64,000 bases of DNA from Phoronis australis (taxonomy: Eukaryota; Animalia; Phoronida): contig NMRA01000540.1 in the NCBI GenBank assembly GCA_002633005.1, positions 229,369-293,368 on the forward strand, in the 5' to 3' direction. Position 1 is the stretch's first letter. Each line of letters starts with the position of its first letter. Shown here piece by piece: positions 62,206-64,000 of this stretch. The position numbers and the translations under genes were made by a program. Under the pieces are notes generated by a model that searched no databases, was not told the origin of the DNA, and saw nothing but the letters and a program-made list of their open reading frames with translations.

Positions 62206-63039
62206 CTAGAAACAAACTTCATTTTTCGTCCTGCGATCAAGTGTGAGTCATAAAAGATAACACCGTGTGCTTAAGAATTGCGATATAGCTTTCTAAAAGA
62301 TATGTTGTTACAGGGACTTTCGAAACGTCAGTGCACGACTTCAACAATTGATGCGCGCGCACCGACAACTTTACCATACATATGTGGTCTCGCTAAAAAT
62401 GCCCGAAATCAAAATGTTGTTGTTATATTATTATTAACATATTTTAGTTTTCGTATTTTTGATTTTATTAGCCAATGGCAGTCGTCATTTTGTATTGACG
62501 TCAATCCCGCAGCAAATAAATACTGTACTTCCGGTTTCATGTAAACAACGTGGTTTTATCATCATTCATTTGGTAGCCTTAAAACAGCTACACGTATGAA
62601 GTACGGTTTTCCATGCTTTTCACCAGGAATTGAAAAAAAATGTCGAGTTATTATTCTCGATTTTATAATAAAAGAGAACAACTGTTTTGATAATTCCTTT
62701 TTACAGGCCTCTTAACAGACTCAAATTTGATAAGTTATAGTGTCGAGGATTATTAATTTAATAACGTTGAAGATGAAGAATGAACGGGATAGCCAATGCT
62801 TCTGTGCTTGTATTTATTTCCGATTTGTACCCACGTTTTGTATATGAAGAATGTGGTACATCCTATCAATGACCTAATTTAGCTGATTGACCCTATATAG
62901 ACCGGCAGCCCAGAGCACTTAGCATAGATGAACGAGGTACCAACATCTGACCACGGGAGCATTTAAAGTCCATCTCAGTATGTACAGAAATGGACGTCTG
63001 CCGTTGTCTGCACTCTGGGTGTGACCCCTGGGGGCCTTA

Positions 63040-64000
63040 CACAGAGCCCCAAAACTGAGCTAGATTAGATATTCGAGGTACCAACCAAAACTGATTTAAA
63101 ACGAACAATAATACCGCACTGAACATCGAATGACCCATGACAGACAAATTGCACTCTGGAATAGGTCCGGCAGAAACCAAAAAAGGACCCCGCAAAAATG
63201 AGCTAGCACATACATTCGAGGTACCACACAAAATCAATTCCATGTGATTCAATACATGTCACAGATCACTAAAACCCCTATGACAGACAAAATACACTCT
63301 AGGTTGTGCACGGCAGAAACCCCCAAAAATCTCAACCATGGTATGCCATCAAAAATTTGAGCTAGACTAGATTTTCGAGGTACCGGCCAAAACTGATTTT
63401 AAACGAACAATAGTACCGCACTGAACACCAAATGACCCATGACAGACAAATTGTACTCTGGAATGGGTCCGGCTGAAACCAAAAATGGACCCCCCAAAAA
63501 TGAGCTAGCACATACATTCGAGGTACCACACAAAACCAATTCCATATGATTCAATACATGTCGCAGATCACTAAATGCCCTATGACAGACAAATTGCACT
63601 CTGGATTGTGCCCGGGAGAAACCCCCAAAAATCTCATCCACGGTATGCCATCAAAATTTGATCTATACTAGATTTTCGAGGTACCAGCCAAAACAGATTT
63701 AAAACAAACAATAGTACCGCACTGAACATTGAATGGCCCATGACAGACAAACTGCACTCTGGAATGGGTCCGGCAGAAACCAAAAAAGACCCCCCAAAAA
63801 CGAGCTAGCACATACATTCGAGATACCACAAAAAACAATTGCATGAGATTCAATACATGTCACAGGTCACTAAATGCCCTATGACCGGCAGACAAAATAT
63901 ACTCTGGATTGTGCCTGGCAGAAGCCCTCAAAAATCTCAACCACGGTTTGCCATTTTTGAGACAGTTAGATTTTCAAGGTATCGGCTTAAACTGATTTAA
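63040..64000. repeat. Tandem satellite with ~301-bp unit, more than 3 copies, running off the window end
   Basis: Anchor tagat(a/t)ttcgaggtacc recurs at ~63075, 63377, 63678 and degenerate at 63976. Confidence 0.95.

Noticed and set aside
63037-63853. Three similar ORFs (NHMELILCGTSNVCASSF...) suggesting a repeated gene
   Set aside because: They are translations of satellite units with inconsistent frames and no splice signals.

Overview
AT-rich, repeat-dense eukaryotic genomic DNA with GT-AG spliceosomal introns, most consistent with a marine invertebrate (taxon is inference). Most short ORFs in the supplied track are spurious or are partial exons. By joining splice sites I reconstruct four complete minus-strand genes. 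Three are tandem paralogs (A 3684-7180, B 16288-18956, C 29531-35903) of an unrecognised secreted protein of 285-296 aa. They share a 4-exon layout (intron phases 0/2/2, exon 3 always 393 nt), a signal peptide split across exons 1 and 2, and 8 conserved cysteines. The fourth is a PLAC8/cornifelin-family gene (45174-53516, 166 aa). The rest is mobile-element debris: a decayed L1/Tx1-type LINE, an internally deleted Gypsy element with Gmr1-like domain order, hAT and other DNA-transposase relics, many MITEs, a minimal hammerhead-ribozyme-like motif, microsatellites and a ~301-bp satellite. Two pairs of decayed but mutually homologous coding relics of unknown origin lie between the paralogs. All alignments were done by eye; no database searches were run.
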